Origin: an uncultured delta proteobacterium
Lineage (GTDB): Bacteria > Myxococcota > Myxococcia > SLRQ01
Assembly: GCA_963727485.1 (NCBI GenBank)
Contig: CAVSGM010000011.1
Span: 256,001-320,000 of the forward strand
Direction of reading: 5' to 3'
DNA: 64,000 bases
Shown here: one piece after another, positions 9,848-20,892 of the stretch
Position numbering within the stretch: position 1 is the first letter of the stretch
Layout: every line of letters begins with the position of its first letter
Position numbers and translations under genes: made by a program
Notes under the pieces: model-generated
What the model was told of the DNA's origin: nothing
Databases searched by the model: none
Seen by the model: only the letters and a program-made list of their open reading frames with translations

Positions 9848-10330
9848 ATGCGACGCCTGCCCCTCGCCGTGCCCCTCCTGATCCTCGGTCTCGGTGCCGC
9901 CGGTTGCGGCCAGCCGACGGTGAACGTGGTCCAGCCTTTCGCGGTGGTGAACTGGAGCCCCCAGGACGGAGCCACCTGCATCGCCAGCGACTGGACCCTG
10001 GGGGTGTGCATGTCGCGCGCCGTCGACGCCAAGACCCTGGCCCAGGTGAAGGTCCGGCCCCTGGACGCCTCGGGCACCGCCGGCACCGCGGTGAAGACCA
10101 CCAACGCCGTCTCCAAGAACGACGCCAGCTGCGTGACCCTCACCCCCCCGTCGGCCGGGCTCGCCCCGAACGCCGAGTTCGAGATCGAGCTCGACAAGGG
10201 CTTCGGCTCCAGCGACGGCGCCACCCTGGGCCAGACCCTGACCTCCCGGTTCCACACCACGGCGCCGGGCTGCCCCTCAGCGGCGCGCCCTAGACCGGGA
10301 AGGTCTCCTCCTGGGCGCGCACCGCGGTGA
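9848..10330 (+). CDS. Ig-like domain lipoprotein
   Basis: Lipobox AAGC; VVNWSPQDGAT, VTLTPP...L and SRFHT resemble bacterial Ig-like (Big_5-type) domains; true stop may be near 10280. Confidence 0.6.
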   Translation: MRRLPLAVPLLILGLGAAGCGQPTVNVVQPFAVVNWSPQDGATCIASDWTLGVCMSRAVDAKTLAQVKVRPLDASGTAGTAVKTTNAVSKNDASCVTLTPPSAGLAPNAEFEIELDKGFGSSDGATLGQTLTSRFHTTAPGCPSAARPRPGRSPPGRAPR

Positions 10331-12563
10331 GCGCGGCCAGGTTCACGATGTCCTCCACCTCGGTGTTCATCTGGAGGATGTTCACGGGCTTGGCCATGCC
10401 CATGAGGATGGGCCCGATGACCTCGGCGCCCCCCAGGCGCCACAGGAGCTTGTAGCCCATGTTGGCGGCGTCGAGGTTGGGGAAGACCAGGACGTTCGCC
10501 GAGCCCTCGAGGGTGGAGAAGGGGTAGGTCGCCTGGCGGATCTCCGGGAGCACCGCCGCGTCCACCTGCATCTCCCCGTCGATCATCAGGTCCGGGCGCC
10601 GCTCGCGCACCAGCTCGGTGGCCCGGCGCATCTTGTCCGGCGAGGGGCCGGGGCTGGTGCCGAAGCTGGAGTAGGCGAGCATGGCGATCCGGGGCTCGAG
10701 GTCGAAGTAGCGGGCGAGCTCGGCGGTGTGGATGGCGATGCCCGCGAGCTCCTCGGCGGTGGGGTCGGGGATCACGGTGGTGTCGGCGAGGAGCTTCACC
10801 TTGCGCTTGAAGACCACGATGTAGCAGCCGCTGGCCCGGTGGACCCCGGGGCGGGTGCGCACCACCTGGAGGAACGGGCGCACCGCGTCGGCGTAGTGCT
10901 TGGCCAGCCCGGCGACCACCCCGTCCACCGAGCCGTCCTCGAGGGCCAGGGCGGCGAACATGGTCCGGGAGCGGAGCATCCGCTCGGCGTCGGCGGCGAG
11001 CATCCCGTGTCGCTGGCGCAGCTTCCACAGGGCCTCGGTGTAGCGCGCCAGGTCCGGGCTCCGGTGGTGGTCGAGGATCTCGATGCCCTCGAGGCCGAGG
11101 CCCGCGGCCTGGGCCTGGGCCTTGAGCTTGTCCGGGTCGCCCACCAGCACCGGCTGGCAGATCCCCTCGTCGAGGAGGATCTCCGCCGCCTGCTGGATCT
11201 TGAGCTGGTCGCCCTCGGGGAAGCAGATGCGCATCCGCTCCCGCCGGGCCTTGCCCACCACGGTGCGCATCACCTCGTGGGGCCGGCTCACCCGGGCCTG
11301 GAGGTCGGCGCGGTACTTCTCCACCTCCACCGAGGTCCGCGCCACCCCGCTGTCCATGGCGGCCTTGGCCACCGCCGGGGCGACCCAGAGGAGCACCCGC
11401 GGGTCGAAGGGCTTGGGGATGATGTAGTCGGGGCCGAACTTGAAGGTCTGGTCGCCGTAGGCCCGGGAGACGCTGTCGGGGACGTCCTCCCGGGCGAGGT
11501 CGGCCAGGGCCCGGGCGGCGGCGAGCTTCATCTCCTCGTTGATGGCGGTGGCGCGGACGTCGAGGGCCCCCCGGAAGATGAAGGGGAAGCCGAGGACGTT
11601 GTTCACCTGGTTGGGCTCGTCGGAGCGGCCGGTGGCGATGATGGCGTCGGGGCGCGCGGCCCGGGCCTCGGCGCTGGAGATCTCCGGGACCGGGTTGGCC
11701 AGGGCGAAGACGATGGGCCGGTCCGCCATGCCCGCGAGCATCTCCCCGGTGACGATGCCGCCCACCGAGAGGCCGAGGAGGAGGTCGGCGCCCTCGAGGG
11801 CCTCCTTCAGGGTGCGCTTGGGGGTGTCGGCGGCGAAGACGGCCTTGTAGGGGTTCATCAGCTTCTCGCGCCCCTGGTAGATCACGCCCTCCTCGTCGAC
11901 CATGAGGACGTTCTCCTGGCGCACCCCGAGCGACACGTAGAACCGGGTGCAGGCGATGCACGCGGCCCCGGCGCCGAGGGCCACCACCTTGAGGTCTTCG
12001 AGCGCCTTGCCGGCGACGTCGGCGGCGTTGAGCAGCGCCGCCCCGGAGATGATCGCGGTCCCGTGCTGGTCGTCGTGGAAGACCGGGATCTGCATCTCCT
12101 CCTTGAGCCGCGCCTCGATCTCGAAGCAGGCGGGGGCGGCGAGGTCCTCGAGGTTGATGCCCCCGAAGGTGGGCTCCAGGGCCTTCACCGTCTCGCAGAA
12201 GCGGTCGACGTCGGTGGCGTCCACCTCGATGTCGAAGACGTCGATGTCGGCGAAGCGCTTGAACAGGACCCCCTTGCCCTCCATCACCGGCTTCGCCGCC
12301 CAGGGGCCGATGTTCCCCAGGCCCAGCACCGCGGTGCCGTTGGAGATCACGCCCACCAGGTTCCCCCGCACGGTGTACTTGAAGGAGAGGTCCGGGTCCT
12401 TGGCGATCTCCAGGCAGGGCTCGGCCACCCCCGGGGTGTAGGCCAGGGAGAGGTCCCGGGAGGTGGTCACCGGCTTGGTGGGGACGACCTCGATTTTCCC
12501 CGGGCGGCCCTCGGAGTGGTAGGCCAGGGCATCCTGGGGACGGATCCGCTTGGAAGCGCTCAT
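10290..12563 (-). CDS. maeB: NADP-dependent malic enzyme with C-terminal phosphotransacetylase-like domain
   Basis: [59 protein letters not shown]-like DGEMQVDAA and FPNLDAAN. Confidence 0.95.
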   Translation of the reverse strand: MSASKRIRPQDALAYHSEGRPGKIEVVPTKPVTTSRDLSLAYTPGVAEPCLEIAKDPDLSFKYTVRGNLVGVISNGTAVLGLGNIGPWAAKPVMEGKGVLFKRFADIDVFDIEVDATDVDRFCETVKALEPTFGGINLEDLAAPACFEIEARLKEEMQIPVFHDDQHGTAIISGAALLNAADVAGKALEDLKVVALGAGAACIACTRFYVSLGVRQENVLMVDEEGVIYQGREKLMNPYKAVFAADTPKRTLKEALEGADLLLGLSVGGIVTGEMLAGMADRPIVFALANPVPEISSAEARAARPDAIIATGRSDEPNQVNNVLGFPFIFRGALDVRATAINEEMKLAAARALADLAREDVPDSVSRAYGDQTFKFGPDYIIPKPFDPRVLLWVAPAVAKAAMDSGVARTSVEVEKYRADLQARVSRPHEVMRTVVGKARRERMRICFPEGDQLKIQQAAEILLDEGICQPVLVGDPDKLKAQAQAAGLGLEGIEILDHHRSPDLARYTEALWKLRQRHGMLAADAERMLRSRTMFAALALEDGSVDGVVAGLAKHYADAVRPFLQVVRTRPGVHRASGCYIVVFKRKVKLLADTTVIPDPTAEELAGIAIHTAELARYFDLEPRIAMLAYSSFGTSPGPSPDKMRRATELVRERRPDLMIDGEMQVDAAVLPEIRQATYPFSTLEGSANVLVFPNLDAANMGYKLLWRLGGAEVIGPILMGMAKPVNILQMNTEVEDIVNLAALTAVRAQEETFPV

Positions 12564-12710
12564 GGCGACCCCGGGTATGCGTGTCCCCGACCGGTGTCAA
12601 GGCGGGGCGCGTCGTGCCCGGGGTGCGTTGCACCGCGGCCAGGGCCGCGACTACCATGACCTCTCACCCCGGCGGCTACCGGCGCCACTGCGGGGAGTTG
12701 GGAGGGTTCG

Positions 12711-13592
12711 ATGCGGGTGCGGCAAGCACTCTACCTGGTAGCGATGGCGGCGACGGTGGCGACCACGCTCCCGGCGCGGGCACAGATGGCCGAGCCCAAC
12801 TGGATCTCGGACGTGAAGTGGCGCGCCAGCCTCGGCACCGGGGTGGGCCTGGAGACCGGCGGCGTCCAGCCCAAGGATCCGTTCCTCCTCTACTTCGGGG
12901 GGAACGTCCGCAAGAGCTGGCGCTGGTGGTACGGGCTCACCTTCAAGAGCCGGGTCGACCTCTACACCGGGATCGTCGACTGCCCGATGGTCCCCTACAA
13001 GATCGACGGCGACGCCAGCCTGGCGCTGGGCCCCGCGGTGTTCCGGATGGAGGTCGCCTCGGCGCGCATCCGCAGCGACTTCGGCGGGGTGTGCAACGGC
13101 TACAGCAAGGGCACCGACTTCCGCCTCGACGCCAGCACCCTGCCCACCTTCACCGGCGACGTGGCCGTGGACGGGGGCCGGCACATCCTCACCTACTTCG
13201 CAGCGCCCCTGCAGGTGAGCTTCGGGCACTGGAACCCGGTGATCCAGCCCGGCATCCAAGCGTTCAACTTCCGCCCCTACACCGGTGGCACCTTCCGGTT
13301 CAAGGACCGCTGGATCGTCTCCGACTTCATCCAGCTCTACGGGGGCCTGACCTTCTACAAGGCGTGGTCGAACCGCGACACCGAGGCGGTGTTCAACCTC
13401 GGGGGCATCGTGGGCATCCTCGAGAACGCGGTGCAGTTCGGCCTCGACCTCGCCTACGACTACTGGGTCACCGCCGCGGGGATGACCGAGAACATCACCA
13501 CCTTCACCCTCTCGGCGCGGCTGCGGATCTCAGCGGCCGGCGCCGGGACCTCGGCGCGCGCCGCTAGAACGCCACCTGGAGGGTGGTCTTGA
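12711..13592 (+). CDS. Hypothetical secreted protein, probable outer-membrane beta-barrel
   Basis: Signal peptide ending ARA; aromatic/Gly-rich alternating strands; strong GC3 bias. Confidence 0.55.
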   Translation: MRVRQALYLVAMAATVATTLPARAQMAEPNWISDVKWRASLGTGVGLETGGVQPKDPFLLYFGGNVRKSWRWWYGLTFKSRVDLYTGIVDCPMVPYKIDGDASLALGPAVFRMEVASARIRSDFGGVCNGYSKGTDFRLDASTLPTFTGDVAVDGGRHILTYFAAPLQVSFGHWNPVIQPGIQAFNFRPYTGGTFRFKDRWIVSDFIQLYGGLTFYKAWSNRDTEAVFNLGGIVGILENAVQFGLDLAYDYWVTAAGMTENITTFTLSARLRISAAGAGTSARAARTPPGGWS

Positions 13593-14334
13593 GGGTGGTA
13601 TCCAGGGGCCTGACGCTCACCGGCGGCCGGCTGTCGTAGGCGACGCTGAAGGCGAGGCCCAGGGAGACGGTGGCGTTGGCCTTGGCGGTCAGCGAGGTCT
13701 CCGAGAGGGCCCGGAGGTCCGCGGGGTCGTCGAGGCGCGGCTGGACGTAGAGGGTCTCGGTGGCGTCGAGGTGCTTCATCACCGCCACCCGCAGGGCCAG
13801 GTAGGTGGAGACGCGCAGATCGGTGGTGACCTTTCCGGCGTCGGGGAGCCCGTCGGAGCGCAGCGCCTCGTGCTCGCCCATGAGCGCCAGCCCCAGGGCC
13901 AGGGCCACCGACTTGCCCCGGAGGACGTCGAAGCGCATCCCGGCGCCGAGGAGCAGGCGCAGCTGGAGCCGCCGGAAGAGGTCGAGCTCGTGCTGGACGA
14001 AGGCCTCGGGGCGCAGGAGGCCCGTCAGGTGGTAGCGGTAGCGCAGGTGCTCCAGGGTGTGGTCGAGGGTGACCCGGCCGCTGGAGATCTCCCGCTCGCC
14101 CTGGGCCAGCCCCAGGATCAGGTGCCGGCCAATCAGCCACTCGCCGGACAGGGCCCCCTGGAGGTCGAGGTACTCGGTGTTGCCGGTGCGCCAGTCCACC
14201 GCGAGCTGCACCGAGCCGTGGAGCCCCGGCTTGCGCTCGCCGGGGAAGCGGGTGAGGACGTTGACGATCTGCGCCGAGGCCGCGGTGGGGGCGGCGGCGC
14301 AGAGGACGAGGCAGAGGAGCGTCAGGCGGCGCAT
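13564..14334 (-). CDS. DUF481-like outer-membrane beta-barrel protein (paralog 1)
   Basis: Signal peptide ASA-QIVN; GNT, HLRY, EAFVQHE, R.LLGAG.RF, YVQP and YDSRPP motifs; C-terminal Phe. Confidence 0.75.
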   Translation of the reverse strand: MRRLTLLCLVLCAAAPTAASAQIVNVLTRFPGERKPGLHGSVQLAVDWRTGNTEYLDLQGALSGEWLIGRHLILGLAQGEREISSGRVTLDHTLEHLRYRYHLTGLLRPEAFVQHELDLFRRLQLRLLLGAGMRFDVLRGKSVALALGLALMGEHEALRSDGLPDAGKVTTDLRVSTYLALRVAVMKHLDATETLYVQPRLDDPADLRALSETSLTAKANATVSLGLAFSVAYDSRPPVSVRPLDTTLKTTLQVAF

Positions 14335-14390
14335 GGGCGCGGCAGTATAGCCGTGGGTGCCGCGCCGTCACCCTGCGCTGGGGATTCGCC

Positions 14391-15161
14391 TCAGAGGCTC
14401 ACGGACAGGAAGGAGCGCAAGGAGGTGTCGACGGGCTTCACCTGCGGCGGTGGCTGGCCATCGACGTCCACGGTGAAGATCACCCCCAGGTCGAGCCAGT
14501 CGTTCACCTTGCCGAAGAGCGAGGTGTAGGAGACCAGCCGGGCGTCGCCGGGATCGTCCTGGCGGTCCTGGAGGAAGGTGACCTCGCCGAGCTCGAGGTG
14601 GTGGGCCGCGTGGATGCGCAGACCCAGGTAGGTGCTGTAGCGCAGATCGTCGCGAACCAGGCCGGCGCTCGGGAGCCCGTCGTGGAGGAGCCCCGCGTGC
14701 TCCCCCATCAGCCCGAAGCCAAACGAGACCTCGACGTAGTCGCCGACCCGCATGGCGAAGCGCAGGTCCCCACCATAGAGCACCCGCAGCGCCAGGCGCC
14801 GGAAGGGCGCGTACTCGTGCTGGACGAAGAGCTCGGGAGCCAGGAAGTCGTTGACCTGGTAGCGGTAGCGCACCTGCTCCAGGCTGTGCTCCAGGATCAG
14901 CCGGCCGGCGGCGAACTGGTGATCGCCCTCGGCGAGGACGAAGACCGTGTGGCGCTTCTGGTGCCAGCTGCCCCCGAGCATGCCGCCGACCTGGAGGTAG
15001 TCGACGTTCCCGGAGCGCCAGTCCACCGAGAGCTGGAGGTCGCCGTCCACCCCTTTGGGCGGGCGTCCGGGGAGACGGCTGAAGGCGTTGACAATCTGGG
15101 CCGAGGCGGCGGTGGGGGCGGCGAGGCAGAGGGCGATCACCAGGAGCTGGAGGCGGCGCAT
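14391..15161 (-). CDS. DUF481-like outer-membrane beta-barrel protein (paralog 2)
   Basis: Collinear with 13564-14334 (same 256-aa length, AAPTAASAQIVN, VDWR.GN, FVQHE, STYL.LR). Confidence 0.72.
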   Translation of the reverse strand: MRRLQLLVIALCLAAPTAASAQIVNAFSRLPGRPPKGVDGDLQLSVDWRSGNVDYLQVGGMLGGSWHQKRHTVFVLAEGDHQFAAGRLILEHSLEQVRYRYQVNDFLAPELFVQHEYAPFRRLALRVLYGGDLRFAMRVGDYVEVSFGFGLMGEHAGLLHDGLPSAGLVRDDLRYSTYLGLRIHAAHHLELGEVTFLQDRQDDPGDARLVSYTSLFGKVNDWLDLGVIFTVDVDGQPPPQVKPVDTSLRSFLSVSL

Positions 15162-15216
15162 GATCGCCGCAGCATAGCGGACAATGTCCTAGGTCGGAAC
15201 GGTGGGTTTCGCCGGG

Positions 15217-16518
15217 CTACCAGGTCTGCCCGACGGCGCCGAGGTGGGCGCCGCTGCGGGCGTCGAAGACGTCGAGGCGGGGGATGCGCGCCACGTAGAG
15301 CCGGTGGCCGGCGACGGCGAGGTGGGCGAAGTCCAGCTCGTGGCGGTCGGTCCCGGGGAGGCCGCGCTTCCAGCGCAGCCGGCCGGTGGCCGGGTCGAGG
15401 GCGACGAGCCGCGGCGCCCCGGTCTTCATCGGCACCACCGTGTACACCGCGCCGTCCCCCACGGCGGCCAGGGAGAGGGGCTGGTTCGCCTGGGCGGCGA
15501 AGGGGTCGCCGCCGGGGAGGGTCCGGTGCCACACCACCGCCTGGGTAGTGGGATCGAGGCCGTAGGCCACGGGGACGGCGGTCCCCTGCTTGCGGTCGCC
15601 AAGGACCACGATCGCCTGGGGCGTGGGCACCACCCGGCTCACGTCCACCGGCAGGTCCTTGGGCACCAGCGAGAGGTGGGAGCAGCGATCGTCGCCCTGG
15701 TCCCAGGCCGGGGCGGTGGGGCAGGGCTCGGCGCAGGCCGCGGGCCGGGGCGCGTCGGTGGCCTTGAAGGTGTGGAGGTCCACCTGGTGCCCGGCGCCGT
15801 CGGCGGTGAGGGCCCACACCGCCGGGCGATCGGCACGGGGGGCGCAGAGCGCCTTCACCAGATCGGGCAGGAAGAGCGTGTTCAGGACCCGCCCGGTCCC
15901 CAGGTCGTAGACGTGGAGCCGGCCCTTGGCGTCGCTGGCCACCACCCGGCCCGCGGCCGCCGCCAGCTTCACGGGCCGGGAGTCCGAGCCGAGGGGGGCG
16001 GTGGTCCACAGGGTCGAGAGGCCGTCGACCGAGTAGGCCATCAGGACCACCGGGCGCCCGCTGGTGGAGGTGCTCTCCCGGCTGCGGACCACCAGCACCT
16101 GCCGCCCGCCCCGGCTGCGCCCGATCACCGGCACCCCGGCGCTGTCCGCCTGCACGTTGGAGAAGAGGTAGGAGAGGCGCGTGAGGGAGCCGGCGACCCG
16201 GGAGCCGTCGACCCGGGGCGCGGTGAGCACGAACCAGGCCAGGAGGGCCCCGAGGACCGCTACCGCCACGGCGGCGACGGTGCGGCCCCGGCGGCCGCGA
16301 CGCGGGTGGTGGTCGCGGTAGACGTCGCTCGCGGTCCGGGCGTCGTGACGCTCCAGGTTGGTGCGCGGCGGGCCGGCGGGCGGCGGGGCCGGGGTCCTCG
16401 CGGCGCCCTCGATCTCCACGGAGGTCCCGCAGTAGCTGCAGGTGATGGTGGCGGCGCCGGGGCTCGGCTTGAGGCTGGCCCCGCACCTGGGGCACTCGAG
16501 GGCCTGGGCCTCGGGCAT
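15217..16518 (-). CDS. Zn-ribbon + TM + PQQ-like beta-propeller protein (paralog 1)
   Basis: N-terminal CPRCGA...CSYCG, one TM helix, repeats such as VYDLGTGRV, ALDPATGRLRW and VFDARSGAH. Confidence 0.7.
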   Translation of the reverse strand: MPEAQALECPRCGASLKPSPGAATITCSYCGTSVEIEGAARTPAPPPAGPPRTNLERHDARTASDVYRDHHPRRGRRGRTVAAVAVAVLGALLAWFVLTAPRVDGSRVAGSLTRLSYLFSNVQADSAGVPVIGRSRGGRQVLVVRSRESTSTSGRPVVLMAYSVDGLSTLWTTAPLGSDSRPVKLAAAAGRVVASDAKGRLHVYDLGTGRVLNTLFLPDLVKALCAPRADRPAVWALTADGAGHQVDLHTFKATDAPRPAACAEPCPTAPAWDQGDDRCSHLSLVPKDLPVDVSRVVPTPQAIVVLGDRKQGTAVPVAYGLDPTTQAVVWHRTLPGGDPFAAQANQPLSLAAVGDGAVYTVVPMKTGAPRLVALDPATGRLRWKRGLPGTDRHELDFAHLAVAGHRLYVARIPRLDVFDARSGAHLGAVGQTW

Positions 16519-16519
16519 C

Positions 16520-17782
16520 TCAGCGCTCTCCCAGGGTTCCGACCAGCTTGCCGGTCCTGGCGTCGAGGACGTCGAGGGAGACCATGTGGGCGAAGTAGAG
16601 CCGGCCGCCGGCGAAGCTCAGGTCGCCCTCGTCGGCGAAGTTGGTCTTCCGGGGCATGGGCACCGCCCAGCGGGTCCGGCCGGTGGCCTCGTCGAGGGCG
16701 ATGATCCGGGACGGGCCCTCCTTCATGTCCAGCACGAAGTAGACCGCACCGTCGCCGGCGGCGCTGACGCCGATGGTCTGGCCGGTCTTGGCCGAGTAGG
16801 CGTCGCCGTCGGGGAGGGTGCGCTTCCACCGGAGCTTGCCGGTGCCGGTGTCGAAGCCCGCCGCCATGGGGACCTGGGTGCCCTGGGAGCGGTGGCCCAG
16901 GGCCACCTCCGACGCCCGGTCGCGGACGAGGTCGGTGACCCTCAGGCCCTCGACCTTCGGCGCCTCGTCGAGGTGGCGGCACTTGGGGTTCTGCACCGCC
17001 CACACCGGCCGGCCCCCGCAGCCGAGGGCGCAGGCGGCGGGCTTGGGGGCATCGGTGACCGCGTGGGTGTCGACGTCGAAGGCGTGGCCCTTGTGGTCGG
17101 CGGTGAGGATCCACGCCATGGGCTTCGCCGGGTCGGGCACGCAGAGGGCCTTGGCCCGGTCCTCGAGGAACCGGCTCGCCACCGGGTGGCCGGTGGTGAG
17201 GTCGTCGACCAGGACCCGGCCGTGGTCGTCGGTGAGGATCGCCTTGCCCGCGGCGATCCGGGCGTGGATGACCTGGTAGTCGCTCCACAGCCCCAGGGGC
17301 TTGCTCGCCCACAGGGGCTCGAGGCTCCGAGCGTCGAAGGCCTCGGCGACGATGCGGGTCTTGCCCTGGCCCAGGTGCCGGGTGAGGCCGAGGAGGACCG
17401 GGCGGCCGTCGGGGAGCCGGGCGAGCTGGCTGGGCGCGAGGGCGTCCCACTGCACCAGCTCGCCGCCAGAGGCGACGGTGGGGTCGGGGGCGCGGGCGAC
17501 GGCCCGGGCGGTCCCGGGCGCGGGGGCGCTGCTGCTCATCTCCAGGAAGCCGGCGACCCCGGCACCCACCATCGCCACCACCGCCCCGGCGAGGACGATG
17601 ACGATCCGGGCCCGCTGGCCTTGCGCCCGGAGCTGGGACGGGGCCGCCGGGGGGGCCGCGGGCCGGAGGTCGGCGATCCGCGAGGTGGTGCCGCAGTAGA
17701 CGCAGCGGACGGTGTCGGCGTCAGGGCCGGGGTTCAGGCGGGCGCCGCACTCGGGGCACTCGAGGGGAACGACGTCGGGCAT
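16520..17782 (-). CDS. Zn-ribbon + TM + PQQ-like beta-propeller protein (paralog 2)
   Basis: CPECGA...CVYCG, TM helix, FDTGTGKLRW, ALDEATGRTRW, LDARTGKLV; collinear with 15217-16518. Confidence 0.7.
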   Translation of the reverse strand: MPDVVPLECPECGARLNPGPDADTVRCVYCGTTSRIADLRPAAPPAAPSQLRAQGQRARIVIVLAGAVVAMVGAGVAGFLEMSSSAPAPGTARAVARAPDPTVASGGELVQWDALAPSQLARLPDGRPVLLGLTRHLGQGKTRIVAEAFDARSLEPLWASKPLGLWSDYQVIHARIAAGKAILTDDHGRVLVDDLTTGHPVASRFLEDRAKALCVPDPAKPMAWILTADHKGHAFDVDTHAVTDAPKPAACALGCGGRPVWAVQNPKCRHLDEAPKVEGLRVTDLVRDRASEVALGHRSQGTQVPMAAGFDTGTGKLRWKRTLPDGDAYSAKTGQTIGVSAAGDGAVYFVLDMKEGPSRIIALDEATGRTRWAVPMPRKTNFADEGDLSFAGGRLYFAHMVSLDVLDARTGKLVGTLGER

Positions 17783-17886
17783 GGGTCAGACCTCCAGGGG
17801 GCCACTCTACCCTGCCGGACGTCGCCGTCGATCCCATGGGCGTGGGACGCCGGGCGGGTCGCCGGGGCCCGCGGACCGGTCCGGGT

Positions 17887-20817
17887 TCAGCGCCGCTTCC
17901 GGACGCGGGCGCCGCTCGAGCGGGCCCGGCCGCCGCCCTTGCCACCCTCGGCCTTGCCCCTGGCCGCCTTGGGAGCGGGCAGCCCCAGGGTCTCCCGGAG
18001 GGCGACGCCGGTGTAGCTCCCCTTGGCCGCGGCCACCTGCTCCGGGGTCCCGGTGGCCACCACCTCGCCGCCGGCGTCGCCCCCGTCGGGGCCGAGGTCG
18101 ACGATCCAGTCGGCGCACTTGATGACGTCGAGGTTGTGCTCGATCACGAGCACCGTGTTCCCCTGGTCGACCAGGCGCTGGAGCACCTCGAGGAGCCGGG
18201 CGATGTCCTGGAAGTGCAGCCCGGTGGTGGGCTCGTCGAGGACGTAGAGGGTGCGGCCGGTGGGGGGCCGCGCCAGGAACCGCGAGAGCTTCACCCGCTG
18301 GGCCTCGCCCCCGGAGAGGGTGGGGGACGCCTGCCCCAGGTGGATGTAGCCGAGGCCCACGTCGTCGAGGGTCTGGAGGATGCGGACGATGTCCGGGTGG
18401 GCGCCGAAGTGCTCCAGGGCCTCGCGGACGCTCATCTCCAGGACGTCGGCGACGTTCTTGCCCTTGTAGCGCACCCGGAGGGTGGCCTCGTTGAAGCGCC
18501 GGCCGCCGCAGACCTCGCAGGGGACGTAGACGTCGGCGAGGAAGTGCATCTCCACCACCCGCACCCCGTCGCCGTTGCAGGCGTCGCAGCGGCCGCCCTT
18601 GACGTTGAAGGAGAAGCGCCCGGGCTGGTAGCCGAACGCCCGGGCCTCGGGGGTCATGGCGAAGACGTTGCGGATGGCGTCGAAGACCTTGGTGTAGGTC
18701 GCCGGGTTGGACCGCGGCGTCCGCCCGATGGGCCGCTGGTCGATGTGGATGATCTTGTCGAGGTGCTCGAGGCCGGCGATGGCCCGGTGCTTGCCCACCG
18801 GTTCCCGGGAGGCGTGGAGCGAGCGCCGGAGCTGGGGGATGAGGATCTGGGTGACCAGGGTCGACTTGCCGGCGCCCGAGACCCCGGTGACCGCCACCAG
18901 GCCCCCCAGGGGCAGGTGGACGTCGATGTCCTTGAGGTTGTGCTCGCGGGCGCCGAGGACCACGAGCTCCTCGGGGCCCACCTGGCGCCGGGTCTCGGGG
19001 ATCTCGATGCGCGCCGCGCCCGAGAGGTACTGGCCGGTGACCGACCGCGCCACCGCCTCGACGTCCTTGGGCGACCCGGTGGCCACCACCTCGCCCCCGA
19101 GGCGCCCGGCCCCGGGCCCGAAGTCGACCAGGTAGTCTGCGGCCTCGATGGTCTCCTGGTCGTGCTCGACCACGATCACCGAGTTGCCGATGTCCCGGAG
19201 GCGCTGGAGGGTGCGCAAGAGCTTGCCGTTGTCCCGGTGGTGCAGGCCGATGGAGGGCTCGTCGAGGACGTAGATGACCCCGGTGAGCTCGGAGCCCAGC
19301 TGGCTGGCCAGGCGGATGCGCTGGGCCTCGCCGCCGGAGAGGCTGGGCCCCAGCCGGTCGAGGGTGAGGTAGCCGAGCCCCACGTCGACCAGGAAGCCCA
19401 GGCGCCCGTTGATCTCCTTGAGGAGCTCGGTGGCGATGACCAGGTCGTTGCCGGTGAGCGGCACCTCCTGGAACCAGCGCTGGGCGTCGGTGATGGTCAT
19501 CTGCGAGACGTCGACGATGGAGCTGTCGTGGATGCGCACCGCCCGGCTCTCGGGGCGCAGCCGCCCGCCGTCGCAGGTGTGGCAGGGCTTGGTGGAGAAG
19601 TACTTCACGTAGTACTTGCGCATGGCCTCGGAGGTGGTCTCCTTGAACCTCCGCATCAGCCGGTTGACCACGCCCTCGTAGCGGGTGCGGTAGCGGCGCC
19701 GCCCCCGGCCCTTCACCCGGGCCTTGCCGTCGGGGCTGCCGTAGAGGAGGAAGTCGCGCTGGGTCTTGGGGAGCTTGTTGAACGGGGTGTCGAGGTCGAT
19801 GTCCTCGCTCTCGCACAGGGCGGTGATGTACTCGAAGCGCCACCCCTCCTCGCGCTGCATCGCCGCCGCCCAGGGCTCCACCGCCCCGTCGCGCAGCGAG
19901 CGGTCGGGGTCGGGGACGATGAGGTCCGGGTCCATCTCGTTGCGGGTGCCCAGGCCGTTGCAGTCCTCGCAGAACCCCAAGGGCGAGTTGAAGGAGAACG
20001 AGTGGGGCCGCAGCTCGGGGAAGCTGATGCCGCAGGTGGTGCAGGCGAGGTGCTCGGAGAGGGTCTTCTGCTGCTTCACCGAGGGGGTGCCGTCCTCGAG
20101 GGCCGGGGCCACCACGATGACGCCTCCGCCGGCCTTGAGCGCGGTCTCCACCGAGTCGGCGAGGCGGTCCCGGGCGCTCTCCTTCGCCGCCAGCCGGTCG
20201 ACCACGATCTCGATGGTGTGCTTCTTCTTCTTGTCGAGGACGATCTCCTCGTCGAGGCGGCGGACGGTGTTGTCGATGCGGACCCGGCTGAAGCCCTGCT
20301 TCTGGATGTCCTGGAGCAGCTCCTTGTGCTCGCCCTTGCGGGCGACGATCACCGGCGCCAGGAGGTAGACCCGGGCGTCCTCGCCGAACTTGAGGATCTC
20401 CTCGACGATCTGCTGGCTGCCCTGCTTGCCCACCTTCTGGCCGCAGCTGTGGCAGTACTGCACCCCGATGTTGGCGTAGAGCACCCGGAGGTAGTCGTAG
20501 ATCTCGGTGATGGTCCCCACCGTGGACCGGGGGTTGTTGGACGCCGCCTTCTGCTCGATGGAGATGGTGGGCGAGAGCCCGCGGATGGTCTCGAAGTGGG
20601 GCTTGTCCATCTGCCCCAGGAACTGCCGGGCGTAGGCGGAGAGGCTCTCCACGTAGCGGCGCTGCCCCTCGGCGTAGAGGGTGTCGAAGGCCAGCGACGA
20701 CTTCCCCGACCCCGAGACGCCGGTGAAGACCACCAGCTGCTTCTTGGGGATGTCGACGTCGACGCCCTTGAGGTTGTGCTCTCGGGCCCCGCGGATGATG
20801 ATGCGCTCTGGCTCCAA
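17887..20817 (-). CDS. uvrA: Excinuclease ABC subunit A
   Basis: [10 protein letters not shown], two Walker A motifs ([18 protein letters not shown]), two LSGGEAQR signatures, Zn fingers; probable TTG start at 20817. Confidence 0.97.
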   Translation of the reverse strand: MEPERIIIRGAREHNLKGVDVDIPKKQLVVFTGVSGSGKSSLAFDTLYAEGQRRYVESLSAYARQFLGQMDKPHFETIRGLSPTISIEQKAASNNPRSTVGTITEIYDYLRVLYANIGVQYCHSCGQKVGKQGSQQIVEEILKFGEDARVYLLAPVIVARKGEHKELLQDIQKQGFSRVRIDNTVRRLDEEIVLDKKKKHTIEIVVDRLAAKESARDRLADSVETALKAGGGVIVVAPALEDGTPSVKQQKTLSEHLACTTCGISFPELRPHSFSFNSPLGFCEDCNGLGTRNEMDPDLIVPDPDRSLRDGAVEPWAAAMQREEGWRFEYITALCESEDIDLDTPFNKLPKTQRDFLLYGSPDGKARVKGRGRRRYRTRYEGVVNRLMRRFKETTSEAMRKYYVKYFSTKPCHTCDGGRLRPESRAVRIHDSSIVDVSQMTITDAQRWFQEVPLTGNDLVIATELLKEINGRLGFLVDVGLGYLTLDRLGPSLSGGEAQRIRLASQLGSELTGVIYVLDEPSIGLHHRDNGKLLRTLQRLRDIGNSVIVVEHDQETIEAADYLVDFGPGAGRLGGEVVATGSPKDVEAVARSVTGQYLSGAARIEIPETRRQVGPEELVVLGAREHNLKDIDVHLPLGGLVAVTGVSGAGKSTLVTQILIPQLRRSLHASREPVGKHRAIAGLEHLDKIIHIDQRPIGRTPRSNPATYTKVFDAIRNVFAMTPEARAFGYQPGRFSFNVKGGRCDACNGDGVRVVEMHFLADVYVPCEVCGGRRFNEATLRVRYKGKNVADVLEMSVREALEHFGAHPDIVRILQTLDDVGLGYIHLGQASPTLSGGEAQRVKLSRFLARPPTGRTLYVLDEPTTGLHFQDIARLLEVLQRLVDQGNTVLVIEHNLDVIKCADWIVDLGPDGGDAGGEVVATGTPEQVAAAKGSYTGVALRETLGLPAPKAARGKAEGGKGGGRARSSGARVRKRR

Positions 20818-20892
20818 ATCTCGGCTCCCGGCGTTGTCCCCGGACGGATGGGGCGGGAGCATACATGGGCCCCCTGACGGTTGGGATCAAGG

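Noticed and set aside
17836..20877. Long antisense ORFs opposite uvrA (and opposite rpoD, groEL, maeB and the ABC genes)
   Set aside because: Shadow ORFs caused by high GC3; no recognisable motifs
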